The notes under the pieces are model-generated. The model had not been told where the DNA came from, made no database searches, and saw nothing but the letters and a program-made list of their open reading frames with translations. A stretch of 63,911 nucleotides of DNA, filler included, from Reclinomonas americana ATCC 50394 (lineage: Eukaryota), in assembly GCA_048213135.1 (NCBI GenBank). It is 9 parts of 4 records of this genome, joined end to end, with 100 filler letters (N's around TTAATTAATTAA, not from the genome) between each part and the next. Parts side by side here need not be neighbours in the genome. Positions count along the whole stretch, not along the records: positions 52,754 to 56,296 come from PS015359.1; positions 56,397 to 58,630 come from PS015359.1; positions 58,731 to 62,743 come from PS015359.1; positions 62,844 to 63,911 come from PS015381.1; 5 more parts are not named here. One strand, written 5' to 3'. Each line of letters opens with the position of its first letter. The stretch's first letter is position 1. The position numbers and the translations under genes are program-made. Positions 55,077-63,911 of the stretch are shown one piece after another.

Positions 55077-55703
55077 TTTGTCCGCCCCGTTCAGAGGCGA
55101 GGATCGTTGCTTAGAAACCTAAATTTTCTCTGTGCCGCCGATGGGCGCCTTCCCACAAGCGACCTCCTCCACAGCCGCGCCCAAAGGCTCAGAACGCCGA
55201 ACGCAGCCGGCTGCCAGGATGCCGGCGGCGCGACGGCGAACCTGCTTACGCCGTTGAGCTCATTACTTTTTCTGTCGCGCAACATCGCGATTGGTAGGAC
55301 GATCGAGCGGCCGGGACAGGGACGAGCCACCCAATCGAGACAAACGACATCTTTCAGACCAAACAATTCAGTTTGACAGATATTTTCTCGCCCGGAGTCA
55401 CCGCTTCTGCACGGAAGTGAAGCGTCATCGCCGCGCTCGCTTCCGGTCATTTTTCCAGTTCGATCTCGCAAGCGTCCCAACCGGCGCACGATCGCCGACT
55501 CTTGAGAAAAACCCCTTCTTTCGGAGCGGATGGCGGGGAAACGCGCCTGAAATCACGGATCACGGCAACGGGAAGCGCGAGGTGGCTGGGAGGCGATAAC
55601 GCCCGCACCTCACGACGAGACCGCTCGGGTTCTCGTCCCGCTTGCTGGATCTGAAGCGCAGTTTCAGGAAGGCCCGAAAGCTTCGATAGCTAAGGAAATG
55701 ACC

Positions 55704-55755
55704 TTGACAAGCCGGCCGAGGGGCGAATGGTATTCGTTATGACGGTATACCATTT
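55704..55755 (+). promoter_or_regulatory. Sigma70-like promoter with GntR-type operator upstream of the amidase
   Basis: TTGACA at 55704, TGGTAT 18 nt later, palindrome GGTATACC at 55744-55751. Confidence 0.5.
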
Positions 55756-55801
55756 GGCCGCAATGAACGGTCGGGATGATAACGAGGGGAATACGCAAGA
55801 A

Positions 55802-56296
55802 ATGGTCCAACCCTGCGACCTCACGGCTTCCGAAGCCCGCTTCCTGATCGGCGCCAAACAGCTCTCCCCGGTCGAACTGCTCACGTCTTGCCTCGCCCGG
55901 ATCGAGGACGCCAACGAAGCCGTGAACGGTGTCGTCGCCATCGACGAGGAAGGGGCGCGGGCCGCCGCCGAAAGGGCTGAAAAGGCAGTCCTGGCCGGCG
56001 AGGAGTTGGGCCCGCTGCATGGCCTGCCGATCGGCATCAAAGATCTCAACGATACGGCCGGCTTGCGCACGACCTACGGCTCGCGGCTCTATGAGCAGCA
56101 TATGCCCGCCGAGGACGAGCATCTGGTCGCCAATCTGCGCCGCAAGGGCGCCATCGTCTTTGCGAAGACCAACACTCCCGAATGGGGCGCCGGCGGCAAC
56201 ACCTTCAATCCCGTCTATGGCGTCAGCGGCAACCCGTTCGATGTGAGCCTGACCTGCGGCGGCTCCTCCGGCGGCTCCGCGATCGCGCTGTCGCTC
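55802..56296 (+). CDS. Amidase signature family protein, partial
   Basis: LGPLHGLPIGIKD, KTNTPE, GGSSGGSA. Confidence 0.92.
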
Positions 56297-56396
56297 NNNN
56301 NNNNNNNNNNNNNNNNNNNNNNNNNNNNNNNNNNNNNNNNTTAATTAATTAANNNNNNNNNNNNNNNNNNNNNNNNNNNNNNNNNNNNNNNNNNNN

Positions 56397-56877
56397 GCGT
56401 GCGCACCAGCAGGTCCGTATCGCCGAATTCGTCGCGGCTGTCCCAGATGGGCACCCGCTGCCCGATCACCGCGCCGAGATGGCAGACCGGGACGATCTCG
56501 ACGCCGGCGATGCAAAAGGCGACGACCGCGGGCGCGTGATTGTGACAGACGGACATGACATCCGGGCGCGCCTTGTAGATGGCGCTGTGGATCACCCGCT
56601 CGGCGTATAGTTTCGCGCCGGTATTGCGCACCGGGCGTCCCTCGAGATCGAGCTCGACCAGATCCGCCCTCTCCACCAGAGCCGGGCTGCGCGAGCGGGA
56701 GATGAAATAGCGTTCTGGGTCAAGCGGGTGGCGGGCGCTCACATGCCCGAATCCGTCCAGGACGCCTTCGCGCGCGAGAATCCGGTTGGCCGCGACCAGA
56801 TCGTCCAGGACGTTTTCCACGTCCCCGTCGCGGCACGGCTCGTCCGCGCCAGCGTCAGAAGCGAGCGCTACGCTCAT
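56397..56877 (-). CDS. Second class II aldolase/adducin-fold (HMPD-decarboxylase-like) protein, partial
   Basis: LVAANRILAREGVLDGFGHVSARHP, YAERVIHSAIYKARPDV, HNH, GDTDLL. Confidence 0.85.
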
Positions 56878-57128
56878 CTGCAACTTTCTCCTCCCCGAAG
56901 CCGATGGCGGCTCCGCATGGCCGGGCAGCGCCTGGGCGGGGCACAGATCGGCCGTGATCGTTCTTGTCGGCCCAATTTGCTCCCTCGCGAGAGGAGGCAC
57001 AAAGGCTGTTTCCACCTGGCAGCCAGCGAAAAACAGCTCGCCAGGGCCGCAGGTCATGTGGCATCGCTTCCCGGGCGCCGCATGCTCCACCAGTCCCGGC
57101 GCAACCTCTCAAAGGAAGGGCACCGATC

Positions 57129-58058
57129 GTGCGGTTCCGCCAACTCGAATGCTTCGAACGCGTGTGCGAGTTCGGGAGCATCACCCGGGCAGCAGCCTGT
57201 CTCAACGTCGCTCAGACCGCGCTGGGGCTCCAGATCCGGCAATTGGAGGACGAGATGGGGGTCCCCCTTCTGACCCGGACGAGCCGCGGCGTCCTTCCCA
57301 CGGATGCCGGCAGGGTCTTCCTGGACTGGGTGCGGCGGACGCTCGACGGACGCCGGGACATAAAGGGCGCGCTCGCCGCGTTTCGCGACGACACGGCTCC
57401 CAGGACCGTGACGGTCGGCCTCACGCCGAGCCTTACCCTGCTCATGGGCGCGGACCTGGTTCAAGCGGTCGCGCGATCGCCGTTGAACGTGAGCCTCCGG
57501 CTCACCGAGGGCCTCAGCCACGTGATGGTGGCGAGTCTCCCCGCGGGCAAGATCGACCTGGCGTTCGCCTTCAAGCCCGAGACGGGCGGGTCCTATCGAT
57601 GCTCGCCGCTATTGAGCGATTCCTTGTTCCTGGTGCGCGCCCCGTCCGACGACGGGCGCTCGGAAAGGACCGTATCGCTACGCGAAGCGCTGAGCGACCG
57701 CTTCGCGATGCCGGATCGCGAGGACGTCGTCCGCCGCATGGTCGAGGACAGCGCCTCCGCCGAAGGGCTGACCCTGGAGGTCGCTTACGAGGTGCATTCG
57801 CTCACCGCCATAAAGCAGCTGGTTTCGCGTGGCCTGGCCTCGGCCATCCTCCCGCTGGGAAGCGTCTACGACGACGTCGCCTCAGGGAGGCTGACGGCCT
57901 CACGCATCATGGACGCATCGCTCCAGAGGACCCTGTATGCGATCCGCGGCCACGATATCGACCCTACCGTAGACGCGCTCCTGGTCTCGACCTTCCTCTC
58001 CATTTACCGGGAAAATGCCGGCGCATGGGGGATGGGCGAGGTGTTGATGTTGGCCTAG
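57129..58058 (+). CDS. LysR-family regulator
   Basis: RQLECFERVCEFGSITRAA..LNVAQTALGLQIRQLEDE..VPLLTRTSRGV. Confidence 0.9.
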   Translation: MRFRQLECFERVCEFGSITRAAACLNVAQTALGLQIRQLEDEMGVPLLTRTSRGVLPTDAGRVFLDWVRRTLDGRRDIKGALAAFRDDTAPRTVTVGLTPSLTLLMGADLVQAVARSPLNVSLRLTEGLSHVMVASLPAGKIDLAFAFKPETGGSYRCSPLLSDSLFLVRAPSDDGRSERTVSLREALSDRFAMPDREDVVRRMVEDSASAEGLTLEVAYEVHSLTAIKQLVSRGLASAILPLGSVYDDVASGRLTASRIMDASLQRTLYAIRGHDIDPTVDALLVSTFLSIYRENAGAWGMGEVLMLA

Positions 58059-58630
58059 GACCATCGGAGCTCGGTTTTCGCGCGGCGCTCCATCGGCCGG
58101 ACGACCGCGGTCAGATCGTCGATCTCCACACCCTCGGATCTGGCGCGCCGGTATGCTTTCAGCGCGCTGCGGCAGGTGTCCACAAGCGCGCCGCCAGCCG
58201 CAGCCGGCTCGGCCAGGAACAGCTCCAGGTCCTTGATCACGACGTCCAGGCTCGCTCCGAAATCGAAGGAGCCGGACAGGACATGCGCCGGGAGCTTGCC
58301 CAGGGTCGCGCTGTTCTGGCCGCTTCCGTTGTTGATCACATCCAGCATCGCGTCGGCGGGCAATCCCGCCCTGGCGCCGACGACCATGGCCTCGCAGGCC
58401 GCCACGAGGTTGACGAGCGCGATCGCGTTGTTGACGAGCTTCAGCGTCTGGGCGCGCCCCGGCGCACCATCGACCGCGACGACCTTGCGGCTGTAGAGCG
58501 CGATCGCATCGCGGACCTGCGAGAGACATTCCGGCTCGCCCGAGACGATCGAGGTCAACTCGCCCGACCGCGCCTTCGGGGGACCTCCCGTCACCGGCGC
58601 ATCGACCGTCTCGACGCCGTGGACGGCCCA
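58055..58630 (-). CDS. Beta-hydroxyacid (3-hydroxyisobutyrate) dehydrogenase family, 5' truncated
   Basis: DAPVTGGP, LKLVNN, KDL. Confidence 0.85.
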   Translation of the reverse strand, partial: WAVHGVETVDAPVTGGPPKARSGELTSIVSGEPECLSQVRDAIALYSRKVVAVDGAPGRAQTLKLVNNAIALVNLVAACEAMVVGARAGLPADAMLDVINNGSGQNSATLGKLPAHVLSGSFDFGASLDVVIKDLELFLAEPAAAGGALVDTCRSALKAYRRARSEGVEIDDLTAVVRPMERRAKTELRWS

Positions 58631-58730
58631 NNNNNNNNNNNNNNNNNNNNNNNNNNNNNNNNNNNNNNNNNNNNTTAATTAATTAANNNNNNNNNNNNNN
58701 NNNNNNNNNNNNNNNNNNNNNNNNNNNNNN

Positions 58731-59304
58731 AACCGGCGGCACGGATGGTCTGCCTGATCTCGCTGACCCGCCGCCCGCGCCGCTCCTCGATCAAAGCGGC
58801 AAGCGCGTGGCGATAGCCGGGCAGTTCCTCGCGGATGAGAGCGGCATATTCATTGTCGATGTAGACGTCCGTCCAGCAGATCGGAGCCGCCGTCTCGTCG
58901 TCGGTGCTGACGCGGATGGTCGAGATGTGGAGCCAGCGCCCTCCGGGGCGCGATTGCAGCCGTCCGGCCAGTTGATCGTCCGCGACGATGTCGTTGATCT
59001 CCAGGACCCGTCGCTCGGTCGCATCAGCGTACTGCAAGAGGTCGTCGAAGGTGCCGAGAGACTGATTGTAGCCGGCGCCGGCGGAAGGCGGGCGTCGAGC
59101 CTCCACCCGCGTCCCTGCCCCCCTGCGCCGGCTGATGATGCCGAGCTGCTGTAATTGCAGCAGCGCCGCCCGCACAGTGGACCGGCTGACCTTGTGCAGC
59201 TCGGCCAGTTCGGGCTCCGGCGGCAACAGGTCGCCGACGGGATATTCGCCCTTGGCAATCTGATCCAGGAGCGTGGTGGCCAGCAACAGATAGCGCGGGC
59301 TCAA
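58731..59304 (-). CDS. GntR-family regulator (HutC/UTRA type), 3' truncated
   Basis: GDLLPPEPELAELHKVSRSTVRAAL..GIISRRRGAGT. Confidence 0.88.
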
Positions 59305-59660
59305 ATCGAAGGTTCCGTTCTCTTTGCGGTGCGATCAATCGATCCCGTTTCGTGCAAAATCGCGGCAAATGCCAGCCGTGTTTTCCGGGAAGCGTTCGCG
59401 GGTAGAGAGAGACAGACGCCGAGGGAAACCAGTATCGCCGGCTCAAGACTTAGCGCGACGACGGTCAGACGCGTCCGACTTCGGCGCTTCGCGATGTGCT
59501 GGGGATTTCCGAGCCGCAAGGGAGCTTCACGTCGACGGCTCCGGCATTTCCTCGCAAATTTAACACTGGCGTCATTTTTGCCGAGCGCTTCCTGAGATGC
59601 GACAGCGGCGGACCCGCATTACGGCATCCGCTCCCAAGCCGCGCCGTCGCGCCGTGATTG

Positions 59661-59675
59661 ATGAGCAAACCTCAT
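59661..59675. promoter_or_regulatory. LysR-type box ATGAG-N5-CTCAT; further copies at 61622-61636 and 61721-61735
   Basis: T-N11-A palindromes. The copies at 59656 and 61716 share the extended GATTGATGAG-N6-TCATAG. Confidence 0.65.
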
Positions 59676-59856
59676 AGACCTTATCTAATCAGACAATCTA
59701 ATCACGGCTGAATTCCACGATAGCATGTGATGTCGCGAGCGAAGCCGTAAGACGACGCCGAACTTCCCCATTGCTTCCCTGTACCGATCAGCCACGAATT
59801 GATCGGTGACGGCATCGATCGAAAACTCGCAGTGGGCTTCGCCAGGAGAAGGTCGT

Positions 59857-60648
59857 ATGAAGATAATCGCCGCAACACTTTTTCTCGCCGCAACGGCCGT
59901 CCCTTCATTCGCGCAGAATGCAGACGGAAGCCAGAATGCGCCATCGAGGACGCCTCTCCTGACCGACAGCAATTTCGAGGCCGTGTCGCCGGCGCTCGAC
60001 CGCTATATTCGAGAAGCGATCCTCGGCGATCTGTGGCAGCGGCCGCAGCTGTCGCCGCGAGACCGCAGCGTCGTGACACTGGCGGTTCTGATCTCCCGCA
60101 ACCAAACCGTCGAGTTGCCGTTCCATCTTCGCCGGGCCTTAGACAATGGCGTGAAGCCCCGCGAGATCTCCGAGATCATCACGCATCTCGCCTTCTATTC
60201 CGGCCTCGGAAACGCCACTTCCGTCATCCTTCTGGCGAAGGAGGCCTTCACGGAGCGCGGCATCGGCGCTGAGCAGCTTCCGGCGGCATCGCCGCAACTC
60301 CTGCCGATCGACCAGGCGGCCGAAGCGCAACGTGCCGCGGGCGTCGAGCGAAATGTCGGTCCCGTGTCGCCTGGCCTCGTGCAGTTCACCGGCGACCTCC
60401 TCTTCAAGAATCTCTGGCTGCGCCCCGATCTCGCACCGCGAGACCGCAGCCTGATCACGGTGGCAAGCCTCATCTCCAACGGGCATGTCGGCCAGATCTC
60501 GTTCCACCTCAACAAAGCCATGGACAACGGATTGACTCGCGAACAGGTAGGCGAAGTCATCGCGCATGTCGCCTTCTATGCCGGCTGGCCGAATGCTTTC
60601 TCGGCGGTTCCGGTCGTGGCCGAGGTCTTCAAGGGCCGCCCGGGCTGA
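59857..60648 (+). CDS. Tandem-domain carboxymuconolactone decarboxylase (CMD) family protein with signal peptide
   Basis: LWQRPQLSPRDRS..HL..ALDNG..HLAFYSG occurs twice; MKIIAATLFLAATAVPSFA signal; no CxxC. Confidence 0.88.
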   Translation: MKIIAATLFLAATAVPSFAQNADGSQNAPSRTPLLTDSNFEAVSPALDRYIREAILGDLWQRPQLSPRDRSVVTLAVLISRNQTVELPFHLRRALDNGVKPREISEIITHLAFYSGLGNATSVILLAKEAFTERGIGAEQLPAASPQLLPIDQAAEAQRAAGVERNVGPVSPGLVQFTGDLLFKNLWLRPDLAPRDRSLITVASLISNGHVGQISFHLNKAMDNGLTREQVGEVIAHVAFYAGWPNAFSAVPVVAEVFKGRPG

Positions 60649-60721
60649 GCCGGCAGCGCGATCCAGACATGCCCGGGCGACCGCCCGTGCGAGCGGCGTC
60701 GTGGTATTCTGCGATTGGCTC

Positions 60722-61618
60722 CTAGCCGCGTCGGGTGCGCAAGGCGTCGACCAACAACGAGAAGGCCGGCGAGGACTGGCGCCGACTTGGATAGTAGATC
60801 TGATATCCGTCCCAGGCAGGACACCAGTCCTCGAGGACACGCACGAGCTGGCCGCTTGCGATATGGGACTCGGCGATGTCTTCCGGCATATGGGCGATGC
60901 CGAGGCCGTCCACGCATGCCCTCAGAACCTGAAAGATGCTGTTGAAGATCACCCGACCCTCGACGCGAACCCGCAATTCCCGCCCGTTCTTCTCGAATTC
61001 CCAAGCATAGATCCCGCCATGCGTCGGCAGGCGCAGGGCGATGCAGGAATGCTGGGTGAGGTCCTGGGGAACCTTCGGCCTAGGGTAGCGCTCGAAATAG
61101 GAAGGCGCCGCGACGACCGCGAAACGGACATCGGGGCCAATCCGCACCGAGATCATGTCCTTGGCCACCTGTTCGCCGAGCCGGACGCCTGCATCGAAAC
61201 GTTCGGCGACGATGTCGGTCAGGCCATAGTCGATGACGAGTTCCACCTTGATGTCGGGGTAATCGAGCAGGAACGTCTTCAGCTTCGGCCAAAGGATCGT
61301 CTCGATCGCATAATCGGTGGCCGTGATCCGGATCGTACCGGTCGGTTTCTCGCGTAGTTCGCTCAGCGCCTCGATCTCCGCTTCGATCTCTTCGAAGCGC
61401 GGCCCCAGGGTTTGAAGGAGCCGCTCCCCGGCTTCCGTCGGCGAGACGCTGCGCGTCGTGCGGGTCAGCAGACGAATGCCGAGCCTGGCTTCCAGATGCC
61501 GGATCGTATGGCTGAGCGCCGATTGGGAGACGCCGACCTTGGCCGCGGCTCTGGTGAAACTGCGTTCTCGCGCGACCGCCAGGAAGGCAAGGAAATCATT
61601 GACGTTGATACGCGACAA
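60722..61618 (-). CDS. LysR-family regulator (PgrR/YcjZ-like)
   Basis: FLAVARERSFTRAAAKVGVSQSALSH, FDAGVRLGE, YYPSRRQ. Confidence 0.92.
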   Translation of the reverse strand: MSRINVNDFLAFLAVARERSFTRAAAKVGVSQSALSHTIRHLEARLGIRLLTRTTRSVSPTEAGERLLQTLGPRFEEIEAEIEALSELREKPTGTIRITATDYAIETILWPKLKTFLLDYPDIKVELVIDYGLTDIVAERFDAGVRLGEQVAKDMISVRIGPDVRFAVVAAPSYFERYPRPKVPQDLTQHSCIALRLPTHGGIYAWEFEKNGRELRVRVEGRVIFNSIFQVLRACVDGLGIAHMPEDIAESHIASGQLVRVLEDWCPAWDGYQIYYPSRRQSSPAFSLLVDALRTRRG

Positions 61619-61864
61619 ATCATGAGTCCTCCTCATATGAGGAGGCATGATTAAGTGCAGACTGGCAAGGTGCGAGCCATTCACGCTTCGCTGAAGCGAT
61701 CATGTAACGGACCGCGATTGATGAGAACCTTTCATAGGCCCTTGCACGGCTGACCGGGTAGTTCACCGGAAAACCTGCGCCCAGAATGCCTGTAACGCGT
61801 GGAGTGTCCGGGAGACGGAGCTCTTCGCGAGCATCTCGCCCCGCCCGAAAGTGAGACATTCCTG

Positions 61865-62347
61865 ATGGACGCCGTCAAACATGGAGCTCTGGCCATAAGC
61901 AGTGCGGCCGTTTCGTTCAGCGCCCTGGCGATCGTCGGGGCCCTCAGCGCCCTTGCCGCAAACGAGCGCGTGGCCTTCCCGCAAGATTATGCGGCCGGTG
62001 TCCATTACACGACCGTCAACCGGGGCAGTGTGCGCGAGGAAATATTCACGAGCCGGGAGGCGATCGAGGCCGCCAGGAACGGCATGCCTCTGCCCGACGG
62101 CACCGTCATCGCCATGGAGGACTATCGCGGCGGCAAGCTCTACCGCTATGTCGTCATGGAGAAGCGCGCCGGCTGGGGCGAGGCCTATCCGGCCAATGTC
62201 CGGGCTGGCGACTGGGAGTTTCGCGAGTTCCGGCCCGACCGGACGCCGAACCGCGACGAGGACGGCTCGCGCTGCATGAGCTGCCATCGTCCACAGGCGA
62301 GCAAGGACTTCGTATTCACCTACGATCGGATGCAGGCGGCGCGCTGA
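61865..62347 (+). CDS. Cytochrome P460/c'-beta family protein
   Basis: Signal peptide, FPQDY, LPDGTVIAME, VVMEK, GDWEF, C-terminal CMSCH, DFVF. Confidence 0.82.
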   Translation: MDAVKHGALAISSAAVSFSALAIVGALSALAANERVAFPQDYAAGVHYTTVNRGSVREEIFTSREAIEAARNGMPLPDGTVIAMEDYRGGKLYRYVVMEKRAGWGEAYPANVRAGDWEFREFRPDRTPNRDEDGSRCMSCHRPQASKDFVFTYDRMQAAR

Positions 62348-62743
62348 TGGCGGACGGTGTCGAATGGCCACGCCGGCTTGGCTTCGTCGCGGCGGCAACT
62401 TCGCTCGTGGCGGCCTTCGCGGCATCGGCCGCTCCGATCCCGCTCTACGGCCTCTATCGCGCATCGGCGGGGCTCACCTATGGCGATCTGTCGCTGACAG
62501 CGGTCGCGTACTTTGCCGGCGCGGTGATGGCACTTCTCGTCTTCGGACGGCTGTCGAACCATCTCGGTCGTCGTCCCGTCGTCCTTCTCTCGCTCGGCTT
62601 CGCGGCGGTCGCATCCCTGATCCTTCTCGATGTCTCCATCGCAACCCCATTGGTCGTCGGAAGGGTGCTGCTGGGCCTTGCTTGTGGTCTCGCATCCAGC
62701 GCCACGGCAGCCTTCGTCGTCGACAATGCGCCCGCAAATCCGC
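62347..62743 (+). CDS. MFS transporter, partial
   Basis: APIPLYGLY; motif A GRLSNHLGRRPV. Confidence 0.85.
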
Positions 62744-62843
62744 NNNNNNNNNNNNNNNNNNNNNNNNNNNNNNNNNNNNNNNNNNNNTTAATTAATTAAN
62801 NNNNNNNNNNNNNNNNNNNNNNNNNNNNNNNNNNNNNNNNNNN

Positions 62844-63837
62844 TACAGGCCAATCAGTACATGCACATGCTGGACACAGATCTGGAGGAGTTTGAGCGGG
62901 AACTGGCGGCGGAGGGAGTCACCGAGTCACATGGGGAGACCGGATCGGAGCGTACGTCGATTCAGAGGACAGCCACGGCCACGGGAGGTGGGCGATCGGG
63001 AGCGCGCTTGCCGGCGCCGGCTATCCCGGGCACAGCGGTGATGGTCGGACCGGGCAACTATGCCATGTTGCGCAGCGTTGCTGGTTGTTGTTTTGTTTCT
63101 CGTTTGCTTGCGATCCTGACGAGTGGGGTTGCAGACCGCCATCGGCTGATGTGGCGCCGGAGGAGCAGGCGCGGTTTTGCATCTGCCAGTCGACGGGTCG
63201 TGGGCCGATGGTGGCGTGCGACAACAAACATGTTGCGTTTGGGGGGCGAGAATCGGGGTAGTGTGTGCGGTGCTGAAGCCTTGTTGCAGTGCCGCTTCGA
63301 GTGGTTCCATTTGCAATGCGTCGGACTCACCGAGGAGCCGAAGGAGGCGTGGGAGTGTCCAAGTGAGTGGATGGGGGGAGGGAGGGAAGAGAGGGAGAGG
63401 GAAAGAGAGAAGAGATAAGTGTGAGCGAAAGAGAAAAGAGGAGAGGGAGGGAGGAGAGGGAAAAGAGGGGGGAGCGGGAAAGGGGAGAAAGAAGGGGCGT
63501 GGGCGAAGTGTGTGAGAGAGATGAGAGGGAGGCACTGAGGAGAGACGGAGAGAGAGAAGGGAAAAGTGTGAGCAAAAGAGAAAAGAGGAGAGGGGGGAGA
63601 GATAGAAGAGGCGGGGGCGAAGTGTGTGAGAGAGAAAAAAAGAGAGTGAGAGAGAGAGAGAGAGAGGAAGAAGGGGAGCGCATACAGTTGTCTCGCCCTT
63701 GGCTTGTATCGGTCCGTCTCTTTCTGCATCTGTTTGTGCTCGGGTTTGATCGTCTGTGCTGACACTCTCTCCTCCCCCACGTTTTTCTCTGCGCAGCATG
63801 TCGGCAGCAGGAGAATGGTCATCCAGGCCGTCGATAA
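62844..63837 (+). CDS. Eukaryotic ING-family PHD-finger protein, 5' truncated; introns 63067-63134, 63232-63289, 63363-63796
   Basis: Spliced: LDTDLEEFEREL...RFCICQSTGRGPMVACDNKHCRFEWFHLQCVGLTEEPKEAWECPTCRQQENGHPGRR*, a complete C4HC3 finger. Confidence 0.88.
63370..63680 (+). repeat. Purine-rich GA low-complexity intronic repeat with duplicated sub-blocks
   Basis: GGGCGAAGTGTGTGAGAGAGA and GTGTGAGC.AAAGAGAAAAGAGGAGAGGG each occur twice. Confidence 0.8.
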
Positions 63838-63911
63838 TGAATCGTGTGTGTTATGTGTATGTTGCATTGCGCTGCTTGCCTCGGCAGTGTAGATGGCGAG
63901 GCAGATGAAAC

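Noticed and set aside
38115..62743. One contiguous aromatic-catabolism island
   Set aside because: It spans five separate scaffolds joined by linkers. Physical linkage is unproven and no integrase or transposase is visible.
13140..62799. Regularly recurring TTAATTAATTAA as a biological repeat or CRISPR-like element; ORFs ending in 'LIN'
   Set aside because: Always centred in 44+44 N; it is an artificial six-frame-stop linker.
62927..63867. Ser/Leu/Pro-rich and Arg/Glu/Gly-rich ORFs
   Set aside because: Translations of the GA-rich intron microsatellite.

Overview
This window is not one contiguous locus. It is a concatenation of nine scaffolds separated by 100-nt artificial linkers (44 N + TTAATTAATTAA + 44 N; linker cores at 13140, 26428, 38059, 43057, 52698, 56341, 58675, 62788), with many internal N gaps. 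Two organisms are mixed. (1) An intron-containing, GC-rich eukaryote, probably a protist (1-9555 and 62844-63911). It has mostly 57-79 nt introns, frequent unusual GTTGCG donors and GA/CA microsatellites. It encodes a NASP/Sim3-type histone chaperone, a large type I membrane protein of at least 13 two-cysteine IPT/TIG-like repeats ending in YRSL, an SLC19 folate/thiamine carrier and an ING-family PHD protein. (2) A high-GC alphaproteobacterium, Hyphomicrobiales and Bosea-like by inference (9817-62743). Its core loci are guaC, pstSCAB-phoU-phoB/gcrA/argD, prkA-yeaH-spoVR and sco. Its accessory catabolic scaffolds carry phthalate 4,5-dioxygenase genes, an MdlB-like dehydrogenase with an ABC transporter, MobA with MarR and a class II aldolase-fold protein, and a cytochrome c'-beta/CMD/LysR locus. 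The best novelty candidates are a putative hydroxyphthalate-decarboxylase/MobA operon, the eukaryotic repeat receptor, a leader-peptide attenuator upstream of an ABC-F gene, and a LysR-boxed cytochrome c'-beta plus exported CMD pair. All family assignments come from motif recognition by eye; no database search was run. No tRNA, rRNA, CRISPR array or transposase was seen.
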